This document shows, piece after piece, positions 38,846 to 46,240 of a stretch of 64,000 nucleotides of DNA. The notes under the pieces were generated by a model, which saw only the letters and a program-made list of their open reading frames with translations, had not been told where the DNA came from and did not search any database. This stretch comes from a virus (Duplodnaviria > Caudoviricetes), in IMG/VR virus record IMGVR_UViG_2784746770_000001, positions 65,293 through 129,292 of that record; one strand, given 5' to 3'. A program made the position numbers and the translations under genes. Within the stretch, counting starts at the first letter, position 1. Each line of letters opens with the position of its first letter.

Positions 38846-39351
38846 ACATCCCCGGCCGCTCCATCGAGGTCGGCGTGACCCGCGTCCCGGCCGCCCCGCT
38901 CCCGGCCGCCGTCGACCCCGCCGTGCTGCTCACCGACGAGGACCGGATGCGTGCGCTGCTCACGAGCATGAGCCGCGAAGCGCTGTACGACTGGATCGGC
39001 CGGTGCACCGAGGAACTGACTGTTCGTACCCGGAGCGAGCTCTTGGCCGCTCTGCGGGCCCTCGTCGACCCAGGGGACGTCGCCCGCGTCGAGTTCGTCA
39101 CGTGGGACGCCGACGACGGTAACGGCCCGCACTGGCACCAGGAGGACTTCTACCTGCACCGCAAGGACGGCATGGTCGTACGGATGGAGTACCCGGAGGT
39201 GGGGGAGGACGAGGCGTTCGAGGACGCCTACAGCCTGTACGGGGACCTGCTGGCGGACTACTCCCGGCTGCGCCCGCCGCTCACCGGGGCGCACCTCATC
39301 GTCGACCTGGCCTCTGGTGAGTTCGAGGAGTCCAGCCGCAACTCCCTGTGA
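38842..39351 (+). CDS. Hypothetical acidic protein
   Basis: GAAGGA RBS, coupling. Confidence 0.7.
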   Translation: MNIPGRSIEVGVTRVPAAPLPAAVDPAVLLTDEDRMRALLTSMSREALYDWIGRCTEELTVRTRSELLAALRALVDPGDVARVEFVTWDADDGNGPHWHQEDFYLHRKDGMVVRMEYPEVGEDEAFEDAYSLYGDLLADYSRLRPPLTGAHLIVDLASGEFEESSRNSL

Positions 39352-39460
39352 GCCCCCGCCGCTGCGCCCCGCCCGGCCCGACGCCGGCGGGGTGTAGCGG
39401 ATCCGCTGCTCACCCCGTCTGTACCGGTGTCCTGTCCTGCTCCCCGGAGGAACCTCTCCT

Positions 39461-39886
39461 ATGCCGTCCCTGTCGCGCGTCTTCCGCTACGGCACCGCGT
39501 ACGTCCGCGCTCGCGTACGGGAGGGTGAGGTCGTCTGGTTCACGCGAGACGTGGCCGCCGCCCTCGGGATCCACCGCATCCCCCACGGGCCGCTGCTCCC
39601 CGCCTCCCCGGCCGCGCTCCCCGGCATGGCCACGACCGCCCAGGTGTGGACGCTAACGGCCACGGCCGGCTGTGGTGCCCCGGACGCGTTCCGGGCGTGG
39701 ATGGCCGATGTCTCCGCGCAGCTCGCCGCGCAGCCCCGCCAGGGCCCCGCTGCGCCCGTACCGCGTCCTCACCCGACCCCCGGCCCGAGGAGCACCACAT
39801 GGACAGCAGCACCGTCGACGAGACGACCCGAATCATCCAGCAGCACGGGCACGCGATCCGCTGGGTCTTCGACCCGGACGGCGTGA
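39461..39886 (+). CDS. Divergent BRO-N-like protein
   Basis: VFRYGTAYVRARVREGEVVWFTRDVAAALG..AFRAWM; GGAGG RBS. The 3' end overlaps the next gene. Confidence 0.55.
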   Translation: MPSLSRVFRYGTAYVRARVREGEVVWFTRDVAAALGIHRIPHGPLLPASPAALPGMATTAQVWTLTATAGCGAPDAFRAWMADVSAQLAAQPRQGPAAPVPRPHPTPGPRSTTWTAAPSTRRPESSSSTGTRSAGSSTRTA

Positions 39887-40236
39887 AGCCGCCCTTCGCG
39901 TACACCGTGGGCCTGTGTGCCCGGCCCGGCCACGGGGACTACGAGGTCGCCCTCGCCGGTCTGCCCGCCGAGATCGCCGGCACGGTTCTCAACAAGACCG
40001 TCGACCAACTCATCCTCCAGGGGCTCGAACCCGCCGAGGGCCTGGAGGTAGGCGACGTCCTCGTCGGCTACCTCGTCCGGCTCCGGCGCGCGGCCGACAC
40101 CAGGCCGTTCACCGGTATGCGTGCCCTGTTCGGCCACCAGCCGGACGTCTGGCAGGTCCTCCTCCCCGACGTTGAGGGGCGCTTCCCGGACGCCGACGAC
40201 TACGGCGACAACCGCCAGGCGCAGCCGCTCATGTAG
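39799..40236 (+). CDS. DUF4262-like protein
   Basis: IIQQHGHAIRWVF..PFAYTVGL..EVALAGL..WQVLLPD.EGRFP..QPL. Confidence 0.8.
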   Translation: MDSSTVDETTRIIQQHGHAIRWVFDPDGVKPPFAYTVGLCARPGHGDYEVALAGLPAEIAGTVLNKTVDQLILQGLEPAEGLEVGDVLVGYLVRLRRAADTRPFTGMRALFGHQPDVWQVLLPDVEGRFPDADDYGDNRQAQPLM

Positions 40237-40340
40237 GTATCCGGCCGCGCGCCCCCTCGGCGCCCACGCGGAGGGGGTGTAACAGATCCGGCCCTGACTC
40301 CGTCTAGGCGACGTACCGGTTCAGCGTGGGAGGACACCTC

Positions 40341-40805
40341 ATGAGCAGCAAGACGCCGACGTTCGGCCTGTCCCTCGCGGGGCAGGCAGTCCCCCTCGGC
40401 CTGTCCCTCGCGGGAGGGACGGCTTTCCGGAGCCGCGCCGATGTCGAGGCGGAGAACGCGGTGCTGCGTGCGGAGGTGGCCCGGCTGCGCGCCGGCGAGG
40501 AACCGTGCGACTCGTTCCAGGGGATCAGCACGGGCGGACAGTTCCTGTGGGTCCTCGGGAGTTCCGATGCCAGCGTCCGCCAGCGGATCGCCGCGTCGGC
40601 CGTGCGCGCCCTCAACATCGCCGACCGATGCGTGATGGGCGACCACGAGTCTCTGCTGCGCTTCCACAGGGAGCGCAGCGCCCGTCTGGAGGGGACCGTC
40701 GCGGATCTGCGGGCGGAGACGCGGCGCCTGGGGCAGGTCCTCGACGGCAGCGGGCGCGGCGTGGCCATGGCGCTGGAGTTCCGGATCGCTCAGGCGGCCA
40801 CGTGA
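40341..40805 (+). CDS. Hypothetical coiled-coil protein
   Basis: GGAGGA RBS; coupled to the next gene. Confidence 0.65.
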   Translation: MSSKTPTFGLSLAGQAVPLGLSLAGGTAFRSRADVEAENAVLRAEVARLRAGEEPCDSFQGISTGGQFLWVLGSSDASVRQRIAASAVRALNIADRCVMGDHESLLRFHRERSARLEGTVADLRAETRRLGQVLDGSGRGVAMALEFRIAQAAT

Positions 40806-41206
40806 TCACCGGAAGCGAGCTCGTAAAGCACTCTCCCCGGCAGGCCGTCATGTTCGTGAACAGGCGACCGCTGGAGTTGCCGCCCGTCGCCTACACCCGC
40901 AGCCCCTTCGGGAGCGCGTACGGACTGGCCGTGTACAAGTTGCCGGCGTTGCTCGCGTTCTCCGTCATCGACAGGGCCGTCGAAGAGCTCCGCCGTGAGG
41001 GCTTGGAGCCCGCTGAGGGCCTGGAGCTGGGCGGGGTGCTGGCCGGTGGCTACATGGTTCGGCTGCGCCGTGTGTTGGACACCGCCGATTTCGAGGGTGT
41101 CGATCCGGCCTGGCCGTTCTGGCAGATCGTCACCCCTGACCGCTGGGGGCTCTTCCCCGGTGAGGCGTTCTACAGCGACGAGGGCCGCCCCCAGCCCCTC
41201 CCCTGA
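40802..41206 (+). CDS. Second, divergent DUF4262-like paralog
   Basis: Shares GLEPAEGLE.G.VL.GY.VRLRR..DT..F and WQ...PD..G.FP..QPL with 39799-40236. Confidence 0.7.
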   Translation: MITGSELVKHSPRQAVMFVNRRPLELPPVAYTRSPFGSAYGLAVYKLPALLAFSVIDRAVEELRREGLEPAEGLELGGVLAGGYMVRLRRVLDTADFEGVDPAWPFWQIVTPDRWGLFPGEAFYSDEGRPQPLP

Positions 41207-41222
41207 CCTCCGAAAGGCCCCC

Positions 41223-41561
41223 GTGAACTCCTCCTATTCCCCTCACCGTCTCGGCTGCGCCATAGCGGCCGCCGTGGTCGCCTTCGCCGCGCTCCTCAGC
41301 CTGGCCCTGGTCGGGCAGGACGACGGGCCGCCGTCCTGCCCGGTCTCCCGTACGGGCAGCGTGGACATCGTGCCTGCGGGGGTCCGTCCGTGCGTCCTGT
41401 ACGGCGCCGGGAAGACCGTGCTCGGCGACGACTCCGTTGTCCCGGCCGTGCCCGGCGGCACGCTGCAGAAGCCGAAGACACCCAAGACCTCGGCGCCGAA
41501 GGCCCCGGCCGTGAAGGTGCCTGCCGCACCCAGGCCGCCCTCTCGCACCACGCGTCGGTAG
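41223..41561 (+). CDS. Small secreted/membrane protein
   Basis: GAAAGG RBS; hydrophobic N-terminus; Lys/Pro-rich tail. Confidence 0.65.
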   Translation: MNSSYSPHRLGCAIAAAVVAFAALLSLALVGQDDGPPSCPVSRTGSVDIVPAGVRPCVLYGAGKTVLGDDSVVPAVPGGTLQKPKTPKTSAPKAPAVKVPAAPRPPSRTTRR

Positions 41562-41591
41562 GGCCCGCGTCGGCGGGTTGATCACGGCCTC

Positions 41592-41621
41592 GGGCCGCCG
41601 AGCACAACTGCTCGGCGGCCC
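41592..41621. terminator. Bidirectional hairpin terminator
   Basis: GGGCCGCCGAGCA-caac-TGCTCGGCGGCCC between convergent genes. Confidence 0.8.
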
Positions 41622-41641
41622 GTCTGCGTTCCCGCGCCCGT

Positions 41642-42034
41642 TCACCCGGCTGCGCCCAGGGCGGCGAGGAACAGCGCGGTGACGTGCGCGGCCTGGTCGA
41701 CGAGCGGCGCCCCGCCCCTGGTGTAGAAGTCCGCGCTGCCGGTGTTCTCCATCCACCACTGGATGGGCCACCGGCGGTCGATGAAGCCGTGCGACAGGCC
41801 CACCCACGCCAGGACGATGACCACGTCGGACGTGGTCAGGGGCAGGTCCAGAACGGCGATGCCGATGCCGAGTGCGGCCGCCGACGTCAGGACATGGGTT
41901 CCGGCGTGGATGGTGAGGGCCCGCCAGCCGGCGGCTGTGCGCAGGGCCTTGTGCTCGGACTGGTGATCGGTCTGGAAGGCGTAGTCGGACAGCAGATGGG
42001 CGGTGTAGAGCAGGATGAAGACGGACGCGAACAC
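41642..42034 (-). CDS. DUF3307 membrane protein
   Basis: AHLLSDYAFQTD..K..IH..HGFIDR..DQAAH motif set; GGAGG RBS. Confidence 0.85.
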   Translation of the reverse strand: MFASVFILLYTAHLLSDYAFQTDHQSEHKALRTAAGWRALTIHAGTHVLTSAAALGIGIAVLDLPLTTSDVVIVLAWVGLSHGFIDRRWPIQWWMENTGSADFYTRGGAPLVDQAAHVTALFLAALGAAG

Positions 42035-42473
42035 GGGTGACCTCCAGGTCATCGTGGGTGGGAACGGCTGAGCCGACCGCTTCACTGTCGGGCGGTCGGC
42101 TCGGTCGGTGTGCACTGTGCTGGGCACGGCATGGGTGGTGTACGTCTCGGGTGCGGCCTCGCGGGTCTACGTCCCGAGGTGCGGGCGGATCAGTCCCACA
42201 GGGATGCGATCGACTCCGACGCGGTGTCGGCCCAGTCCCGCGCTCGGTGGTGGAGCTGGGGCCCGGTCGGGTCGTAGGCAGCCGCGGGAGAGCTTTTCGG
42301 CCGGGACGGACGCCACCTCAGTACGACGGTGGCTTTCAGGACGGTGACGGCCGCCCCGATGCGCTTGCCATCGGTGCGCCGAGGCACTGAGTAGGCCCCG
42401 ACCCAGGGGTTAAGGGGGTTGAACCAGCAGTCCATCCCTCACCGCTGCGACAGCCGAAGGGATCGCACCGTGG

Positions 42474-42872
42474 TCATCGGTCGCCGCCGATGCGGCCCAC
42501 CCAGTCCCGCATGCGCCGCCGACGGCGTCGGGGCCGGGTCGGGTCGCACTGCGACAGCATGCGTCGGCGGCCGACGATCCAGAGGGCGAGCTGCACGGCG
42601 GCGAAGAACGCGGCGACCCAGAGACCGCCGAACGATGACAGCACGGCCGACGCCACCGTCCCGATCCCCATGTTCAGCAGGGATCGCCAGCCGACCTTCT
42701 CCCGGGGCATGAACCCGGCCGTGACACCGGCCAGGAAGCCCGCGGCGGCGTACCACGGCCAGTCGTGAAGCGCCGGGCCGAAGAACACGGTCAGCAGCAG
42801 GTGGAGAAGGGGGAGGGAGAGCGCGTACGCGACGGCGGTTCCGAAGACGTACGACAACGACGAGAAGGGCAT
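42474..42872 (-). CDS. Small multi-TM membrane protein
   Basis: About 4 hydrophobic segments and a basic tail; AGGAG RBS. Confidence 0.7.
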   Translation of the reverse strand: MPFSSLSYVFGTAVAYALSLPLLHLLLTVFFGPALHDWPWYAAAGFLAGVTAGFMPREKVGWRSLLNMGIGTVASAVLSSFGGLWVAAFFAAVQLALWIVGRRRMLSQCDPTRPRRRRRRMRDWVGRIGGDR

Positions 42873-42919
42873 GGTGCTCCTGCAGTCGAGGAGCGCCCGG
42901 TGCGCCCCGTTCGCCGCGC

Positions 42920-42997
42920 ACAATGCAGCTGCGCCGGACCTTGTGTCCCAGCCTGATTTCCGAGGACGCGACATAAACCGAGAGGCGCTCCTACGGT
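42920..42997. promoter_or_regulatory. Back-to-back class-2 promoters
   Basis: Minus: GACACAAG-N14-CATTGT (42947-42920). Plus: GACATAAA-N14-TACGGT (42970-42997), with the ATG 7 nt later (leaderless geometry). Confidence 0.6.
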
Positions 42998-43004
42998 CCG
43001 CGCC

Positions 43005-43442
43005 ATGACTACTCGCAGCACTGCCCGCCGTGGCCGCCCGACGCTCCTGACCCCCGTCGTCATCGAGAAGCTGGGCCAGGCCGTCGAAGCGGGCCTGACC
43101 CGCCCCCAGGCGGCGGAGGCCGCCGGGATCACGACCGGCTCGTTCGCCCGCTGGATGACGCGCGGCCGCGCCGCTCAGGTGCAGGCCGATCAGGGCAACC
43201 TCGTGGAGGAGTCCGAGCACCCGTACGGCAACCTCTACCGGCGGATCATGCAGGCGGACACCGCCCGCAAGTACAAGGCGGTGATGGCGGCCGGGGCGCA
43301 GCCGGTGCTCCTTCCCTCCGCGCCCGTCGTCGTCACCGTCGTGGAGGACGAGCCGGCCGCCGCCGTCGAGGAGCGCCCGGCGGGCGGCCTGTGGTCGCGT
43401 TTCCGCGCCCTGTTCTCCCGTTCGCCGCAGACGGCTTCCTGA
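43005..43442 (+). CDS. HTH protein resembling a terminase small subunit N-terminus
   Basis: RGRPTLLTP..AAEAAGITTGSFARWMTRG, similar to 2451-3041. Confidence 0.7.
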   Translation: MTTRSTARRGRPTLLTPVVIEKLGQAVEAGLTRPQAAEAAGITTGSFARWMTRGRAAQVQADQGNLVEESEHPYGNLYRRIMQADTARKYKAVMAAGAQPVLLPSAPVVVTVVEDEPAAAVEERPAGGLWSRFRALFSRSPQTAS

Positions 43443-43457
43443 CCTGCGAGTTTCTAC

Positions 43458-43630
43458 CCTCATGCGCTGTAGCGCATGAGGTCACCCACATGCGGCAGAG
43501 CGCATGAGGTCACCCCCCACATGCGCCACAGCGCATCCGGCCTCATGCGCTCTGGCGTACGCGGCCTCATGCGCTGTGGCGTACGTAAACAAGATGTAGT
43601 TCAACCCAGATGAACCGAACCAGATGAACT
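43458..43630. repeat. Array of five 18-bp palindromic units plus two CCAGATGAAC direct repeats
   Basis: CATGCG-N6-CGYAYS units at 43461, 43489, 43520, 43544 and 43568; direct repeats at 43606 and 43620. Confidence 0.85.
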
Positions 43631-43710
43631 TCACCGGTGGTGGCCCTCGGCCTGGCCCCTCGCGGCCCGCTCGGGCCGGGCGAGTCCGAGGCCGACGAGC
43701 GGCCTCGCGC

Positions 43711-43737
43711 GACACAAGCACCCCACGCCGGCACGGT
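43711..43737 (+). promoter_or_regulatory. Putative class-2 promoter GACACAAG-N13-CACGGT
   Basis: Upstream of 43817 and the HNH gene. Confidence 0.5.
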
Positions 43738-43816
43738 TCTCTCCGACCGAACCGCCCCCCGGCCGGCGGCCGCGCCCTGCGGGATGCCCGTGTCGGGAAG
43801 AACGGAGAGAACCACC

Positions 43817-44314
43817 ATGCGACCTGCCGTCACCGAAGCCATCGAAGTCTGGGAACGCGCCTGGAAGGACACCGAGGAAGCGGCCGCCGCCGCGATGCGG
43901 GCCGCCTTCCCCCCGCTCGACGACAACCCCACCCCCGCGTACTGCTGCGACGTGATGCTCGCCTACGACCAGCCCGGCCTCGGCTCCGGGCGGGTCTGCA
44001 TCGACAACGAGGGCCGCTCCACCGTCGAGTTCGAGGGCGTCCCCAACGACGTACTCGCCCAGGCCATCGACGAGGTCTTCGGCATCGCCTGGCTCGACAA
44101 CGCCGACGGCCCGCTCGCCGAGTGCGGCCCGGGCTCCTACTACTACGACGAGGAGACCACCGGCGCCGAGTTCGCCGTCACCCTCGGCGAGCAGGACGAG
44201 GGGAAGCTGCACATGTCCTACGTCCGGATCCCCGACGCCGCGACCGTCCTCGACGCCCTCACCCGCGCCGCCGACCCGGCCGACGAGGGCGAGCTCGCCG
44301 GCGCCGCGACGTAA
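43817..44314 (+). CDS. Hypothetical acidic protein
   Basis: GGAGAG RBS. Confidence 0.75.
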   Translation: MRPAVTEAIEVWERAWKDTEEAAAAAMRAAFPPLDDNPTPAYCCDVMLAYDQPGLGSGRVCIDNEGRSTVEFEGVPNDVLAQAIDEVFGIAWLDNADGPLAECGPGSYYYDEETTGAEFAVTLGEQDEGKLHMSYVRIPDAATVLDALTRAADPADEGELAGAAT

Positions 44315-44406
44315 GACCGACCCGAGGTGCATGTTCCCGTCCTCGCCCTGCGCGCTCACCAGCGGCCGCGCCCGCGGCCCGGCGCCGGGGCAGGACGGAG
44401 CACCCC

Positions 44407-44775
44407 GTGCCAGCCCGACGCCGTACCGGCCCCACCGACGCCGTCCGCCAACTCGTCCTCATCCGCGACGGCGGCCGCTGCACCCGCTGCAACACCCCCC
44501 GGGACCTGACCATCCACCACCGGGTCAACCGCGGCATGGGCGGGGCCCGGGAGGAGTGGATCAACCAGCCCCACAACCTCCTCCTCGCGTGCCGGACCTG
44601 CAACGGATGGTTCGAGGACCACCCCCGCGAGAGCTACAGCCACGGCTGGAAGGTCCGCCGCCCGATGCTCCCCGGCGAGACGCCCGTCACCTACCCGAAC
44701 GGCGCCCAGTACGTCCTCCACCCCGACGGCACCCGCACCCGCGTCAGCATTCCGCTGACCCCCGCGAAGCAGTAG
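44407..44775 (+). CDS. HNH endonuclease
   Basis: VLIRDGGRCTRC..TIHHRVNRGMGG..NLLLACRTCN. Confidence 0.88.
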   Translation: MPARRRTGPTDAVRQLVLIRDGGRCTRCNTPRDLTIHHRVNRGMGGAREEWINQPHNLLLACRTCNGWFEDHPRESYSHGWKVRRPMLPGETPVTYPNGAQYVLHPDGTRTRVSIPLTPAKQ

Positions 44776-44800
44776 CCACCGCGGTTGGGCCATGCGGGGG

Positions 44801-44816
44801 TAACTTGGTGTACATT
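44801..44816 (+). promoter_or_regulatory. TAACTTGGTGTACATT box
   Basis: Matches the box found at six other promoters; no clear hairpin follows. Confidence 0.55.
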
Positions 44817-44893
44817 CCGAAGAGAAGGACTAAGGGCTAGGGGCTTCCCCTGCCACCAGCGCCCACCGGGCGCGCTCCCGTACGGGATCCGCC

Positions 44894-45931
44894 ATGACCA
44901 GCACCCTCCCCGTCGTCGACTACGACAAGGTCCGCAGCAAGGCCGTCGACGAGGTCCGCAAGATCCTCAAGCCGATCAAGGACCCGAAGGCCCGCCGCAC
45001 CGCCGCCGATGAGATCCGCGAAGCCGCGTACCTCAACATGGCCATCGTCAAGCCCGAGCGCGACCAGCTGATCGCCGCCTACGCCTTCCACCACGCCGGC
45101 GAGCACAAGCTCGCCGACCTGGCCGCAGCCTTCGGCATCGCCCACTCCAGCCTGCGCCGCATCCGGATCGAAGCGCTCGGGCAGACCTGGGGCGTCACCG
45201 GCACCGCGCTCCCGCCGAAGGAAGACATGGCCCGCGTCGCCGACGGCCTAGGCCTGCACTGCACCGAGGAGACCGGCGCCCAGGCCATCGAGCTCGCGGT
45301 CCAGTACCAGGAGAACGACGCCCAGTGGCAGGAAGCCCGTCGCCAGTTCGGGCTCGCCGCCGCCAAGCTTGCCGCCCGCCGAAGCGCCGTGCCGCCGCTG
45401 GAGCGCCCCGACTTCGACAAGATCCGCAAGGACGCCCACGACCAGGTCCTCGCCGCGTTCGCCGACATCACCCGGCCCGAGGAGCGCCTGGAGCGCGCCG
45501 CCGAGATCAGCAGCGATGCGCAAGACGAGATGGACCGCCTCATCGTCGAACGCGACCAGGCCATCGCCTCCCTGAACTGCTACACCACCGCCAAGGCGGT
45601 CTACTACTCCGCGGGCCTGAGCCGTACCGGCGTCAAGCGCGTCATGGAGCGGGCCCTCGGGCTCGAACGCGACGCCAAGCTCCCCGTCCGCGACGACCTC
45701 GTGCAGGCGGGCAAGGACGCCGGCGTGCCGTTCGTGGAGGACGCGCACGAGACGCTGCCCGGTATCGCCCGCGAGTACGAGCGGCACCGAGCTATCCGCG
45801 AAGCCGCCCTCCCGATCCGCGACGCCGCGATGCCCGTGCTGGCCGCCGCGCCGTACGAGTGGACGCACCAGCGGATCGCCGACACGGCAGGCGTCTTCCA
45901 GCCGTACGTCACGGCGGTCGTGAACGGCTGA
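44894..45931 (+). CDS. Internally duplicated helical protein with HTH-like segments
   Basis: The two halves align (DYDKVR..P..R..A.EI..ERDQLIA vs DFDKIR..P..R..AAEI..ERDQAIA); LADLAAAFGIAHSSLRRI and THQRIADTAGVFQPYV are HTH-like. Confidence 0.75.
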   Translation: MTSTLPVVDYDKVRSKAVDEVRKILKPIKDPKARRTAADEIREAAYLNMAIVKPERDQLIAAYAFHHAGEHKLADLAAAFGIAHSSLRRIRIEALGQTWGVTGTALPPKEDMARVADGLGLHCTEETGAQAIELAVQYQENDAQWQEARRQFGLAAAKLAARRSAVPPLERPDFDKIRKDAHDQVLAAFADITRPEERLERAAEISSDAQDEMDRLIVERDQAIASLNCYTTAKAVYYSAGLSRTGVKRVMERALGLERDAKLPVRDDLVQAGKDAGVPFVEDAHETLPGIAREYERHRAIREAALPIRDAAMPVLAAAPYEWTHQRIADTAGVFQPYVTAVVNG

Positions 45932-46205
45932 GACCGGGCCCGAAAAAAGTTCTGCGGACCCCTGTAACACTTCCGGGCCCCACTCCGTCTGTAGTCGGTG
46001 AGGCAATCCCCCGCCTCACCCACCCGGGCCCGATGCCCGGGGCCCACGGTGGCCGGCTCCCTCCCACCCGGAGCCGGCCACCGGAGAACTGAACACTGGC
46101 ACCGGCCCCCGTCCCCGATCACGCGCCAACCCGGACTCCCCTCCGCGGGCGGATGCACGAGACCGGACGGGGGCCGCCTACATTCCCGCAGGCCACGCAG
46201 CCCGC

Positions 46206-46233
46206 GACACAAGCTCACCCGCCCCGGCACCGT
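46206..46233 (+). promoter_or_regulatory. Class-2 promoter GACACAAG-N14-CACCGT (leaderless terL)
   Basis: ATG 46241 lies 7 nt downstream and has no RBS. Confidence 0.6.
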
Positions 46234-46240
46234 GCGCGCC

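Noticed and set aside
22081-39400. Integron-like attC cassette array
   Set aside because: The hairpins lack RYYYAAC/GTTRRRY ends and the recombinase is Cre-like, not IntI; kept only as a weak alternative.
40363-40414. 19-bp direct repeat TCGGCCTGTCCCTCGCGGG
   Set aside because: In-frame micro-duplication (GLSLAG twice) with no sign of an insertion or regulatory role.
42190-42435. 81-aa minus-strand ORF
   Set aside because: No RBS, weak codon bias and no motif; not supported as a gene.
43458-43590. Possible CRISPR array
   Set aside because: Spacers are only 6-13 bp, repeats are degenerate, and no cas genes are present.
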